DNA of 64,000 nucleotides from Hypanus sabinus (taxonomy: Eukaryota), in NCBI RefSeq assembly GCF_030144855.1, contig NW_026778990.1, forward strand, positions 1,302,001 through 1,366,000, read 5' to 3'. Numbering within the stretch: position 1 is the first letter of the stretch; every line of letters begins with the position of its first letter. The notes beneath the pieces were generated by a model that was given only the letters and a program-made list of their open reading frames with translations, was not told the origin of the DNA and searched no databases. A program made the translations under genes and the position numbers. Shown one piece after another: positions 25,915 to 37,519 of this stretch.

Positions 25915-27323
25915 TGTCGGCCTGTGCAGTAGACGGTATCGGCCCCGGTGTACTGAAGGGGTACGAGCCAGCTGTCTCGTACTTTGCAGCTCATTTACAG
26001 TATGAGTCTGTGTCGGGAAAAGATACCGGTGCGGTGGAAGACTTCCTGCTTGGTTCCTTTACCCAAGAAGGCGATTACTTTGGGACATAATGACTACAGA
26101 CCAATTGCTCCAACATCTCATGGGATGAAGGTGCTTGACAGGCTGGTGCTGACTTACCTTGGACCATATTTGTGATCTTCATTCGCCCCTCTACAGTTGG
26201 CCAAGCAGCCTCTTGTGGGAGTGGATGACGTCATCGTCAGCGAGCTCACTCTTACCCGGATGACGCTGCTGGTAGAGTGAGCGCCACACTTTTTGATTTC
26301 TCAGGTGCCCTCATTACAATTCAGCCGCTTCCTCTGCGCGAAAATCTGCAAAGGACGGGCGTAGAACATTCCACTGTCTCCTGGATTATTGACTACCTGA
26401 CATATGGAACCGAGTTTGTAAAGCTGGGTGGTTCTGTGCCTGAGTTGGAGGTGAGTGGCAATGGAGCCCCACAAGGGACTGTCCTGTCACCGCTTCTGAT
26501 CACACTGTACACATCAGACTTTCAGTACAACTCTGAGTCTCGTTTCATGCAGAAGTTCTCAATGACTCTGCGATAGTTGGGTGTATATGAGACGGACACG
26601 CCTTTGGTAGGAATCACCTGCTCCTGAATGTGCCCAAAGTCAGGGAGATGGTGATTGATTTTGGAGGAAGAGGACAGTAACGAGTTCTGTATACATTGTG
26701 GGAGAAGAAGTGGCGGAGGTGGAGGAGTAGAAACACCTGGGTGTTCACATCAACAACAGACGTGGCTGGAAAACCAAGACCAAGGCTGTTTGCAAGAAGG
26801 GGATGAGCATACTCCATTTTCTAAGGAAGTCGTGATCCTTGATTGTGTGTAGCAGGATGCAGGACATCATTTGCCAGTCTGTTGCAGAGTCTGCAGTCTT
26901 CCTGGCGGACTTATTTTGGGAGTGCAGCGTCGGTGCTGGTGATGGAAAAAGTCTAAATAAACTCACCAAAAAGGCGAGATCCATCCGTAGCTACAACTCG
27001 GAGTTCGTGCCGGAGCATACTGTTCTCCATTATGGACTATCTGGTACATCCTCTGTGTGACCAAGTGAATCAGCAACAGAGCATCTTTCTGAGCAGATTC
27101 CGCATTTACGAGGATCGTTCAGAATAAGCGTGACAGCAGTTCATCTTTGTGCGACGTGAGAGCACACATCATAGTGCAATAGTCTCTGCTTTATTTCCTT
27201 TATTTGGTATATTATTATTGCAAATTGGTACATTCTTATAGTCCTATATTCTACTTTTCATAATGTCTGCACACTTCTGAGTTTTTAAAAGTTGCTGTCG
27301 TTACTGATTCCCCGCTCGGGATC
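25915..27323 (+). mobile_element. Rex1/Babar LINE RT fragment, frameshifted
   Basis: WKTSCLVPLPKK, NDYRPIAPTS, DFSGALITIQP, WIIDYLT, GAPQGTVLSPLLITLYTSDF and QKFS motifs, plus a Rex1-type 3' end (ttccccgctcgggatcaa). Confidence 0.85.
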
Positions 27324-27324
27324 A

Positions 27325-27690
27325 AATGCGCATGCGTACACGTCTGAGCTCCCGGACATTGCGCATGCGCTCAATAAACGAGAGTCGCACAGGGATCGGC
27401 CGCGGGGAGGATAGCGCTCCGGGCGAGGCTTTAATCACCGGTTTTCGAACCGTGACTGAAGTACAATTACTTTGAATTTCGGCTACACTGGACCCACACC
27501 CCGGGCAGCCCCGATGCTTTCCTTCTTTCTCAGTCCCACAATCTGTACCCGGAACCCAAGGACCTTTCGGCTGATGGAGCGCTAGACCCCTGCGGCGCAT
27601 GCGCATCAGTAGATCCTTGGATAGCGAGTAGACAGCTTTCTGGCTTGTGGGGCATTCGGGTAAACAGGCAGCCATGGGTGTTACTGCAAG
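27325..27690 (+). promoter_or_regulatory. CpG-rich promoter and probable non-coding first exon of the zinc-finger pseudogene, with three NRF1-type sites
   Basis: GCGCATGCG palindromes at 27327-27336, 27360-27370 and 27595-27605; high CpG density; candidate donor AAG|GTAACA at 27690 and acceptor TTTTTTACAG| at 27960. Confidence 0.55.
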
Positions 27691-28037
27691 GTAACAAGTC
27701 GATTGAAAGCAGATATAGCCCATTCTCATACAGACAGTAATACAGTTAGAGAATTTGCTCATCAGTAAGATTGCCTGATCCTTGCCAGGTTAGAAAATGA
27801 GGCGTTTATAGATATACATAGAAATCTGCAGCACATTTCCCATTCGGCTCCAACTTGAGATGAACTTTCTAATGTTGTGATGCCAGAGCTCATGACAGAC
27901 TAAAATCTCCCCTGAAATATTGTGCTTCATCTACTGTTATCTTTTGCAATTTTTTTACAGGTTTAAAATGCCAGAATACTTGTGCACAGGAATCTCAAAC
28001 ACAGCAGCATGTCAGTTTCGCTTTCTCTGAATGGGTA

Positions 28038-28717
28038 TGTGATGCCTTTATGGCAGTTATTTAGTTTATAATATTTTCGCGTAGTAATTCGTTTGTTAGC
28101 ATTTTCTAGTTAAAGTTAGGATTGTCTGAGGTAAATTCGTTGTCTGTGATATATAACGGCTTGCGATGACGTCACATCCGGTTTCGCCGCGTCGTGTGGG
28201 AAAATACCGGGTTGGAGAAACGGGAAGGTGGGGGCCACACATGTGCTACTCCAGCTCAAGAGAAGTTGTCTTTCTACGCACTGGGAACATAGTGAGAGCA
28301 ACGCCGTAAGTTATGAGATAATCGATATGTTGAATTAAAATGTTAACGCTGATCCTGTTAAAAGTAACGACGGTCGATAAGGTTTATGTTTTCGTTAGTT
28401 AAAGAGTTGTGGTTAGTTTGCATTGAAGTGTATTGAAAGCAGTCATTGGCGTAGGTAGATTCTGACCGTATGCTGCACTTTAATGTAATGTAGTTGTTGT
28501 ACTTTTACCTTTGCAAGTATTTACGATGTAAATGTAATATCAAGAAGGAAACAAATGCTGTACAAATCTTGCATTGTTTTATCAACAGTTTTCACCATAC
28601 GTTAATGTGGAAGAGTGAACAGGAAACGGTTAATCTTACTGTGATCCTGTCTTCATTGACAAGGTTTATCTCCGTGTTTAGTTCGGCGTTCCGTTACACC
28701 CGAGCGAGAACACTACA
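28038..28717. mobile_element. Probable solo LTR (~680 bp)
   Basis: TGTGATG...CACTACA termini (TG..CA, imperfect inverted ends), flanked by a near-matching 5-bp target duplication GGGTA/GGATA. Internal CRE at 28167-28174. Confidence 0.5.
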
Positions 28718-29029
28718 GGATATTTAAGGAGAGAGATTATATTGTCTTTGCAACAACAACACATCTGTTGTCAATCCTTGGAGATGAAGAAGTATCTCTT
28801 CCAAACTGGAAATGTATTTTGTGTCTGAAATGAAGTCTTCTGTTATAACTCAGTGTTATTCACCGGAACACACCAGCTGGGAACACAGCAGCAGTTGTTC
28901 ACTGGAGATCAGTTCTTCAACTACATTGATTCTACAAGCGATTCAAATGTCTGACATTGAGCTGCTCTGTGGGGGGGGGGGGGGGAACTGCTCAGTCATC
29001 CAGCCTGAAGATACATCAGCAGCTTCACA

Positions 29030-30447
29030 CCATAGTGAGATGCTCCACCTGTTCTGACTGTGAGAAGCAATTCAATCTGCAATTGATGCAAGAAAGATCT
29101 AAAAATTTACCAGCTCAGATGGTGAGAAGGCACTCACACACTCAACCACAGCACAGTGACATCAGCGAGTTCACACGGGGAGAAGCCAGTCACTTGTTCT
29201 GAATATGGGAAAGGGTTCACGCAGTCATCTGAACTGAATGAACACCGGTGAGTTCACACTGAGAAGATGCCGTTTATCTGCTCAGACTGTGGGTAGAGAT
29301 TCACTCACTTTTCAACACTACAGGGAGACCAGCGAGTTCTCACTGGGGAGAGGCCATTCACCTGCTCAGACTGTGGGGAGGGATTCAGTCACATTTCAAC
29401 ACTACAGGGAGACCAGCGAGTTCTCACTGGGGAGAGGCCATTCACCTGCTCAGACTGTGGGGAGGGATTCAGTCACATTTCAACACTACAGGGAGACCAG
29501 CGAGTTCTCACTGGGGAGAGGCCATTCACCTGCTCAGTCTGTGGGGAGGGATTCAGTCACATTTCAACACTACAGGGAGACCAGCGAGTTCTCACTGGGG
29601 AGAGGCCATTCACCTGCTCAGACTGTGGGGAGGGATTCAGTCACATTTCAACACTACAGGGAGACCAGCGAGTTCTCACTGGGGAGAGGCCATTCACCTG
29701 CTCAGACTGTGGGGAGGGATTCAGTCACTTTTCAACACTACAGGGAGACCAGCGAGTTCTCACTGGGGAGAGGCCATTCACCTGCTCAGACTGTGGGGAG
29801 GGATTCAGTCACTTTTCAACACTACAGGGAGACCAGCGAGTTCTCACTGGGGAGAGGCCATTCACCTGCTCAGACTGTGGGGAGGGATTCAGTCACATTT
29901 CAACACTACAGGGAGACCAGCGAGTTCTCACTGGGGAGAGGCCATTCACCTGCTCAGACTGTGGGGAGGGATTCACGCGGTCCTCTCATGTACTGACTCA
30001 CAAGTTAGTTCACACCTGGAACAGGTCTGTTACATGCTCTGAATTTGGAAAGGGATTCATTCGGTCAAATCAGCTACTGAGTCACCATTTTGTTCACACT
30101 GAGGAGAGGCCATTCATCTGCTCTAATGTGGGAAGAAGTTCACTCGATCATCTCACCTACTGACACACCAGTTAGTTCACAGTGGAGAGAAAACTGCTCA
30201 GTCTGTGGGAAGCAATTCATTTGGGCATCTGACTTGAAAGTTCATCAGCGAGTTCACACTGGGGAGAGGCCATTCATCTGTTTTGAATGTGGGAAGGGAT
30301 TTACTCGGTCTTCTCAACTGAAGGAACATCGGCGAATTCACACTGTGGAGAAACCGTTCAAATGCTCAGACCGTGGGAAGGAGTTCAGTCGGTCATCGCA
30401 ACTGAACAGACATCAGCGAGTTCACACTTGGGAGAGGCCTTTCACTT
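29030..30447 (+). pseudogene. Multi-finger C2H2 zinc-finger pseudogene
   Basis: Repeated TGERPF-C-x2-C..H-x3-H units. In-frame stops at 29249-29251 (TGA) and 29294-29296 (TAG), frameshifts near 30125 and 30192, and several fingers lacking Cys or His. Confidence 0.88.
29279..29975 (+). repeat. Near-perfect tandem array of an 84-bp zinc-finger unit (8 full copies plus part of a ninth)
   Basis: tgctcagactgtggg starts at 29279, 29363, 29447, 29531, 29615, 29699, 29783, 29867 and 29951, with only a few variant bases. Confidence 0.95.
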
Positions 30448-30639
30448 CACCCTCCACTATCCACCCTCGCACATTCAGTTGACAGCTGACTCGAGAAAGA
30501 CAGTGACCGTGGCAGGTGGCAGAGCTCACAAAACATATTCACTCTAGTTGACTTTTCTTATAACCTCCCGATTTGCACAGTTATTCTGACTAACCCGCTT
30601 CCTACCTTCCTATCTTTACACCCCCCCCCCCATTAATCT

Positions 30640-30895
30640 CCTTCCTGTAATATTCCTTGCCAACAAGGGAAGTTGTAGGCAATCCCATTTACTTCCTCCC
30701 TCAGCTCCATTCTGGATCACAAACAGTTCTTCCAGGTGAGGCAACACTTCACCTGCGAGTCTGTCAGGTTGAGCTACTCTATCTGATGCCCCCAGTGCGG
30801 CCTCCTCTACATCAGTGAGACACAATCCAGACCGGGAGTCCACTTTGCAATTACATTCACTCTGTCTGCAACAAACGGAATTTCCCAGTCACATA
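30640..30895 (+). mobile_element. Penelope-like GIY-YIG fragment
   Basis: KQFFQVRQHFTCES..CPQCGLLYISET motif. Confidence 0.65.
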
Positions 30896-31864
30896 CAAGT
30901 AAAAATCTGCACACAGGCACAGTCTTCTCAATGATTTAGAGTTCCCTGCCCCGGTCATCTTATTTTGACTGTGGATACCCTGTCCATATACACCTCCACC
31001 ACCCACCGGGAAAGCCACCGATGTCTCCATTTCCTTCTGGATACCAGACCCAACGAGTTCCACTTATAAAGTAATACACTTCTGCATCATATCAAAGTCT
31101 CTCTGCAATCTTCGACAATCCTCTACACTATCCACAACACCACCAAACTTTGTTTCGTCTGCAATGTTGCCAACCCATTCTTCTATCCCCACATCCAGGT
31201 TGTTAATAAGAATAACGAAACGTAGAGGTCTCAGACCGATCCTTGTGGGACACCAGTAGACGCAACCCTCCAATCCGAAAGTACTCACTCCACCACGACC
31301 CTCCACCACCTCCCTGTATCCCATGCGTACTGACTTTCTGAATCAGCCTACCGTGTGGAATCTTGTCAAATGCCTTAGTAAAATCCATGTAGATCACATC
31401 CACTGCACTACCGTCATCTATATGCTGGTCACCTCCTCAAAGAACTTTATCAGGCTTGTTAGACACGTTCTGCCCTTCACAAAGCCATGCTGACTGTCCC
31501 TGATCAGACCATGATTCTCTAAATACCCACAGAATCTATCTCTAAGAATCTTTTCCAACATTTTTCCCAACACAGTCATATGGCTCACTGGTCTATCATT
31601 ACCTGGACTATCCCTACTAGCTTCTTTGAACAAAGGGACAACATTCATCTCCCGTCAATCGTCCGGTACCATTCCCATGGATAACATAGGATCCTTGCCA
31701 GAGGCTCAGCAATCTCTCCCCTCGCCTCATGGAACGCCTGGGGAATATTCCGTCAGGCCCAGCAGACTTACCTGTCCTAATGTATTTTGACAACTCCAAC
31801 ACCTCTTCTCCCTTAATATCAACATGTTCCAGAACATCAACCTCACTCATATTGCCCTCACCGT

Positions 31865-34223
31865 CAATAGACAATAGACAATAGACAATAGGTGCAGAAG
31901 TAGACCATTCGGCCCACGAGTCTGCACCGCCATTCTGAGATCATGGCTGATCATTCACTATCAATACCTAGTCCCTGCCTTGTCCCCATATGCCTTGATT
32001 CCCCTATCCATCAGATATCTATCTAGCTCCTTCTTGAAAGCATCCAGAGAATTGGCTTCCACCGTCTTCCGAGGCAGTGCATTCCGCACCTCCACAACTC
32101 TCTGGGAGAAGAAGCTCTTCCTCAACTCTGCTTTAAATAACTGACCTCTTATTCTCAATCCATTCCCTCTGGTACTGGACTCCCCCAACATCTGGAACAT
32201 ATTTCCTGCCTCAATCCTATCAAATCCTTTAATTATCTTAAACGTTTCAATCAGATCCCCTCTCAATCTCCTCAATTCCAGCGTGTACAAGCCCAATCTC
32301 TCCAATCTCTCTGCGTAAGACAGCCCTGCCATCTCAGGAATCAACCAAGTGAATCTACGCTGCACTTCTTCAATTGCCAGGATGTCCTTCCTTAAACCTG
32401 GAGACCAAAACTGTACACAATATTACAGGTGTTGTCTCACCAGGGCCCTGTACAAATGCAAAAGGACATCATTGCTTTTGTACTCAATTCCCCTTGTAAC
32501 AAAGGCCAACATTCCATTTGCCCTCTTCACTGCCTGTTGCACTTGCTCATTCACCTTCATTGACTGTTGATCTAGGACTCCTAGGTCTCTTTGCATTTCT
32601 CCCTTACCTAACTCTACACCGTTCAGACAATACTCTGCCCTCTTGGTCCTGCTTCCAAAGTGGATAACTTCACATTTATTCACATTGAATGACATCTGCC
32701 AAGTGTCTGCCCACTCACCCAGCCTATCCAAGTCTCCCTGTATTCTCCTAACGTCCTCTTCGCATGTCACACTGCCACCCAGTTTAGTATCGTCAGCAAA
32801 CTTGCTGATATAGTTTTCAATGCCCTCATCTAAATCGTTGACATAAATCGTAAAGAGCTGTGGTCCCAATACAGAGCCCTGTGGTACCCCACTAGACACC
32901 TCCAGCCAGTCCGAGAAACACACATTCACTGCTACCCTTTGCTTTCTATCTGCCAACCAGTTTTCAATCCATGTTGAAACCCTGCCCCCAATGCCATGAG
33001 CTCTGATTTTACTCACCAATCTCCTATGTGGCACCTTATCGAATGCCTTCTGAAAATCTAGGTACACAACATCCACTGGCTTACCCTCGTCTAACATCCT
33101 TGTTACACCCTCAAAAAACTCCAACCGATTAGTCAAGCATGATTTGCCCTTGGTATATCCATGCTGGCTCGGCCTAATCCTATTTCTGCCATCAAGATGT
33201 GCCACTATTTCGTCCTTAATAATGGACTCAAACATCTTCCCCACGTCTGAAGTTAGGCTAACAGGGCGATAGTTCTCCGTTTTCTACTTCCCTCCCTTCT
33301 TGAAAAGTCGGATAGCATTAGCCACTCTCCAATCTTCAGGAACTGATCCTGAATCTAAGGAACATTGGAAAATGATTACCAATGCAACCGCAATTTCCTG
33401 AGCCACCTCTTTTAGAACCCCCGGATGCAGGCCATCTGGACCCGGGGATTTATTAGCCTTCAGTCCTACCAGTCTACTCATCACAGTTTCTTTCCTAATG
33501 TCAATCTGTCTCAAATCCTCTGATATCTTATGACCCTGGCCCATCCGTACATCTGGGAGATTGCTTGTGTCCTCCCTGGTGAAGACAGATCTAAAGTACG
33601 CATTAAATTCTGTTGCCATTTCCCTGTTTCCCATAACAATTTCTCCCAATTCATTCTTCAAGGGGCCAACATTGTTCTTAACTATCTTCTTTCTCTTCAC
33701 ATAGCTAAAAAAGCTTTTGCTATCCCCTTTTATATTCCTGGCTAGACTGAGCTCATACCTGATTTTTTTCTCTCCGTATTGCTTTTTTAGTTAAGATGTG
33801 CTGTTCCTTAAAACTTTCCCAATCATCTGTATTCCCACTCATCGTAGCCCTGTCATACTTCTTTTTCTTTAATGCTATACAATCTCTGACTTTGTCAACT
33901 ACTGTGGCCCCTTCCCCCTCTTTGAATCCTTCCTTCTCATTGGAATGAACGGCTTTTGCATCTTCTGTATTATCCCCAAGAATATCTGCCACTGCTGATC
34001 CACTGTCTTTCCTGCCAGGGCATCCGCCCATTTAACTTTGGCCAGCTCTTCCCTCATGGCTCCGTAGTTTCCTTTATTTAATTGCAACACTGACACCTCT
34101 GATCTGCCCTTATCCCTCTCAAATTGTAGATAAAAACTTATCATGTTATGATCACTACTTCCTAATGGCTCCTTTACTTCAAGATCACTTCCTGTTCATT
34201 ACACATCACCTAGTCCAAAATAG
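31865..34223 (-). mobile_element. Younger, 5'-truncated CR1 LINE with a (CTATTGT)n tail, nested in the host CR1
   Basis: Long RT ORF 32423..33244 (YLDFQKAFDKVPH, SGVPQGSVLGP, KFADDTKLGG). Tail reads caatagacaatagacaataga on + at 31865-31890. Confidence 0.92.
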
Positions 34224-36177
34224 TCATCACGTCATCACGTTCCCTGTCATTGGTGAATACTGAAGAGAACTATTCATTGAGGACCTCGCTCACTTCCACA
34301 ACCACAAAGCACGTCTTTCCACCTTTATCTCTAATCGGTCTTATCTTCACTCCTGTCAACCTTTTGTTATTCACATAATTGAAGAATGCTATGGGTTGTC
34401 CTTTACCCTACTTGCCAAGGCCTTCTCCTGCCCCCGTCTTGCACTCCTCGGCTCCTAGTTAAGCTCCTTTCTTGCTACCCTATATTCCTCAACAGACTCA
34501 TCTTATCCTTGCTTCCTGAACCTCACTGCCTTCTTCTATCTGACTAGATTCTCCAGCTCACCTGTCACCCATGGTTACTTTATCTTCCTCACAGGGACAA
34601 ATTTATCCCTAACATCCTGCAAGAGATCCCAGATTATCGACCACATGTCCATAGTACAGTTTCCTGCAAAAACATCATCCCAATTCACAGCCACACGTTT
34701 TACCCTTATAACCTCATAATTTGCCCTTACCCAATTAAAAAAAAAAATCCTGCTCTTTCTGATTCTACCAATTTCCATGATAATCTTAAAGGCCAGGAAG
34801 CGATGGTCATTGTTCCCCAGATGCTCACCCACTGAGTGATCTCTTGTCTGACCCGGTTCGTTATCTAATACTATCTCTAGTATGCCATTCCTCTTATTCG
34901 GCCTGTCAACATACTGCGACAGAAATCCGTCCTGGACGCAATTAACAAACTCTGCACCGTCTAAACCATTGGACCTAATCAGGTACCAATCAATAATAGG
35001 GAAGTTAAAGTCTCCCATGATGACAACCCTGTTACTTTTGCACCTTTCCAATATCTGCCTCCCAATCAGCTCCTCGGTATCTCTTCTGCTAGCATGGGGC
35101 CTATAGAATATTCCCAACAGAATAGCTGCTCCCTTCCTGTTCCTGACATCTACCCATACTGACTCAAAATCCTGCTACATTACCCACCCTTTCTGTAGCT
35201 GTAACAGTATCGCTGACCATTAATGCCACCCCTCCTCCCCTCTAACACCCATCCCTTTTATTGATATTGATAATCCATTGTTGCCCTTGTGCAGGCCAAG
35301 TCCCTGTAATGGCCACTAAATCATAATACCACGCATGCATCCAAGGTCTCGGTTCATCGCCTTTGTTCCTGATGCTTCTTGCAGTGAAGTACACGCACTT
35401 TAGCCCTTCTACCTTACTACCTTTACACCCTTTATTCTGTTTCTCTTTCCACAAAACCTCATTATATGTTAGATCTGGCTTTACTCCATGCATTATACTT
35501 GCAGCTCTCGCATGGCCTTTATCCTCCTCCACCTCACTATCTGCTCTAATACTCTGGTACCCAGTCCCTTCAAATGTAGTTTAAACACCGCCCCCCCCCC
35601 CCGAGCAGCATTAGCATACCTTCCCGCAAGGATGTTAGGCCCCCTCCAGTTCAGATACTACACGTCCCGTAGGTACATGTCCCGCCTTCCCTGGAACAAG
35701 GCCAAATTGTCCATAAACATGAAGCCCTCCCTTCTACACCAACACCCTAGCCACGTATTTAGCTTCATTTCTAGCCTCACTAACACGTGGCAGGGGTAAC
35801 AATCATGAGATTGCAACCCTTGAGGTCCTGTCCTTCAACTTTGCACCTAACTCCCTAAATGTTCTTTGCAGGAACTCCTCCTTCTTCCTATCAACTTCAT
35901 TGGTCGCTACATGGAGGCAACAGACCTTAGGGATTCTCTATCTCTTCACATAGAACCTCTTATCTGTCCCCCTAACTATCGAATCCCCTATCACTACTGC
36001 TCTCCTCTTTTCCCTCCTTCCCTTCTGAGCTGGGGGACTAATCTCGGTGCCAGAGACGCAAGTACTGCAACTTGTCGCTCGTAGATCATCCACACCAACA
36101 GTATCCAAAACCGTATATCCGAAGTTCATCCAGCTGCAGCTCCTGACAAACCGAGTTTGGTTAATCCGCGTTAGGTA

Positions 36178-37055
36178 AACACAAAGTACACTGCAGATGC
36201 TGTGGTCAAATGAAGGCGTACAAAAAAGCTAGATGAACTCAGTAGTTCGGGCAGCATCCGTTCAAATAAGCAGTCAACGTTTCTGGTCGAGACCCGTCGT
36301 CAGGACAAAAGAAAGAGGGAGAAGGGGCCCTATAAATAAGGTGGGGCAGTGTGGAAATCTAATCAGAGGGAATATCAAGGGGTGAAGGAGGGGATAGGCT
36401 GGAGTGGTGAAGGGGAAAACTGTGGGTAGTAGAAGAAGGCAGAGTCATGAGCGAGGTGATAGAAGAGGAGCCAGGGCGAAAGTGGGATGGGGGAAGGGAG
36501 AGGGAGGGAATTACCGGAAGTTCGAGAATTCGATGTTCATACCAAGGGGCTGGAGACTACCCAGACGGTAAATGAGATGTTGTTCCTCCAACCGATGTTT
36601 GGCCTCATCATGGCAGTAGAGGAGGCCATGTATGGACAAATCCGAATGGGAATGTGAAAGAGAGTTGAAGTGAGTAGCAACTGGGAGATCTTGTCTGTTG
36701 TGGCGGACGGAGCGCAGGTGCTCGACGAAGCGGTCCCCCGCTTGTAAGTCCGTTGGGGTAATCTATTGCATCCGGTGCGGTCTCCTCTACATCGGCGAGA
36801 CCCGATTGGAGGAACAACATCTCATCTACCGTCTGATTCCTTCTTCACCTCTCCTGCCTATCCCCTGCCTGCTTCCCCTCCCCCACCCCTTGATCTTTCC
36901 TCTGATTGATTTCCACCCTCCCCGCACCTTCTTTATAGGGCCCCTGCCCCCTCTTTCTTTAGTTCTGTCGAAGGGTCTCGACCCGTAAAAGTTGACTGCT
37001 CATTTCAACGGATGCTGCCCGACCTGCTGAGTTCATCCAGCTTTTTTGTACGTCC
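36178..37055. mobile_element. Penelope-like element in inverted (fold-back) arrangement
   Basis: The minus arm encodes GDRFVEHLRSVR..PVATHFNS..RLEEQHLIYRLGSLQPLGMNIEF. The plus arm encodes VIYCIRCGLLYIGET and ends in the same terminal sequence in opposite orientation. TTAATCCGC occurs on both sides (36161-36169, 37059-37067). Confidence 0.8.
36273..36306 (-). ncRNA. Minimal hammerhead-ribozyme-like motif in the Penelope terminus
   Basis: Minus strand reads GUC CUGACGA C GGGU-CUCG-ACCA GAAA CGUU GAC: CUGANGA and GAAA cores, stem I GUC/GAC, and a palindromic AACGUU as in dimer-type minimal hammerheads of Penelope elements. Stem II has one closing mismatch. Confidence 0.5.
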
Positions 37056-37519
37056 AGCTTAATCCGCTGCCTTAATCTGCTCTCTTTTTAAATTCTCTCG
37101 CTGCCTTACGGGACGACTTTATCGCGCTTGCGCAGTCGTGCCCCGTTCAAACTGCCGAAGAAAAAATTTACGACTGGTAAACTTGATGCAGTGTTCCCAG
37201 TCAGAGAACAGAGTGTGACGTCAGTGGATACTGTTGGAGCTGGATAAAGGGGCTGAAGATTTTGCAGCCCGCATATAATGTGGACCATTGTGAGGTGTTA
37301 CACTTTGCCAGGAATAACCAGGTAGGAATTACACAGTGACTGGTAGGGGATTGTTGTCTGTGGAGAATAGACGTATCTGGGAATATAGTCCCGTCCTTCA
37401 AGGTAGAGTCATGAAGAGAGCTTTTGGCACGTTGGCCTTTATAAAGTCTGTTAACACGAATTGGAATGTTATGTTAAAGTTGTAAAGGACGTTAGCGAGG
37501 ACAATCCTGGAGTAATCCA

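Larger units (their letters stand above)
31065..37157 (-). mobile_element. CR1 LINE ('host' family): 5' UTR, esterase ORF1, endonuclease and partial RT, carrying nested insertions
   Basis: ORF1 AVVIGDSIVRGTD (SGNH esterase-like); APE motifs ARSIRNK and VIMGDFNFP; RT motif YMDFTKAFDKIPHGRL. Interrupted at 31865-34223 and 36178-37055. Confidence 0.88.

Noticed and set aside
29238-29996. 252-aa repetitive ORF (SPAQTVGRDSVTFQHYRETSEFSLGRGH)n
   Set aside because: It is an alternative frame of the 84-bp zinc-finger repeat and is open only because the unit has no stop in that frame.
32423-33244. 273-aa reverse-transcriptase ORF as a domesticated gene or active element
   Set aside because: It is part of a 5'-truncated CR1 with stops and frameshifts on both sides.
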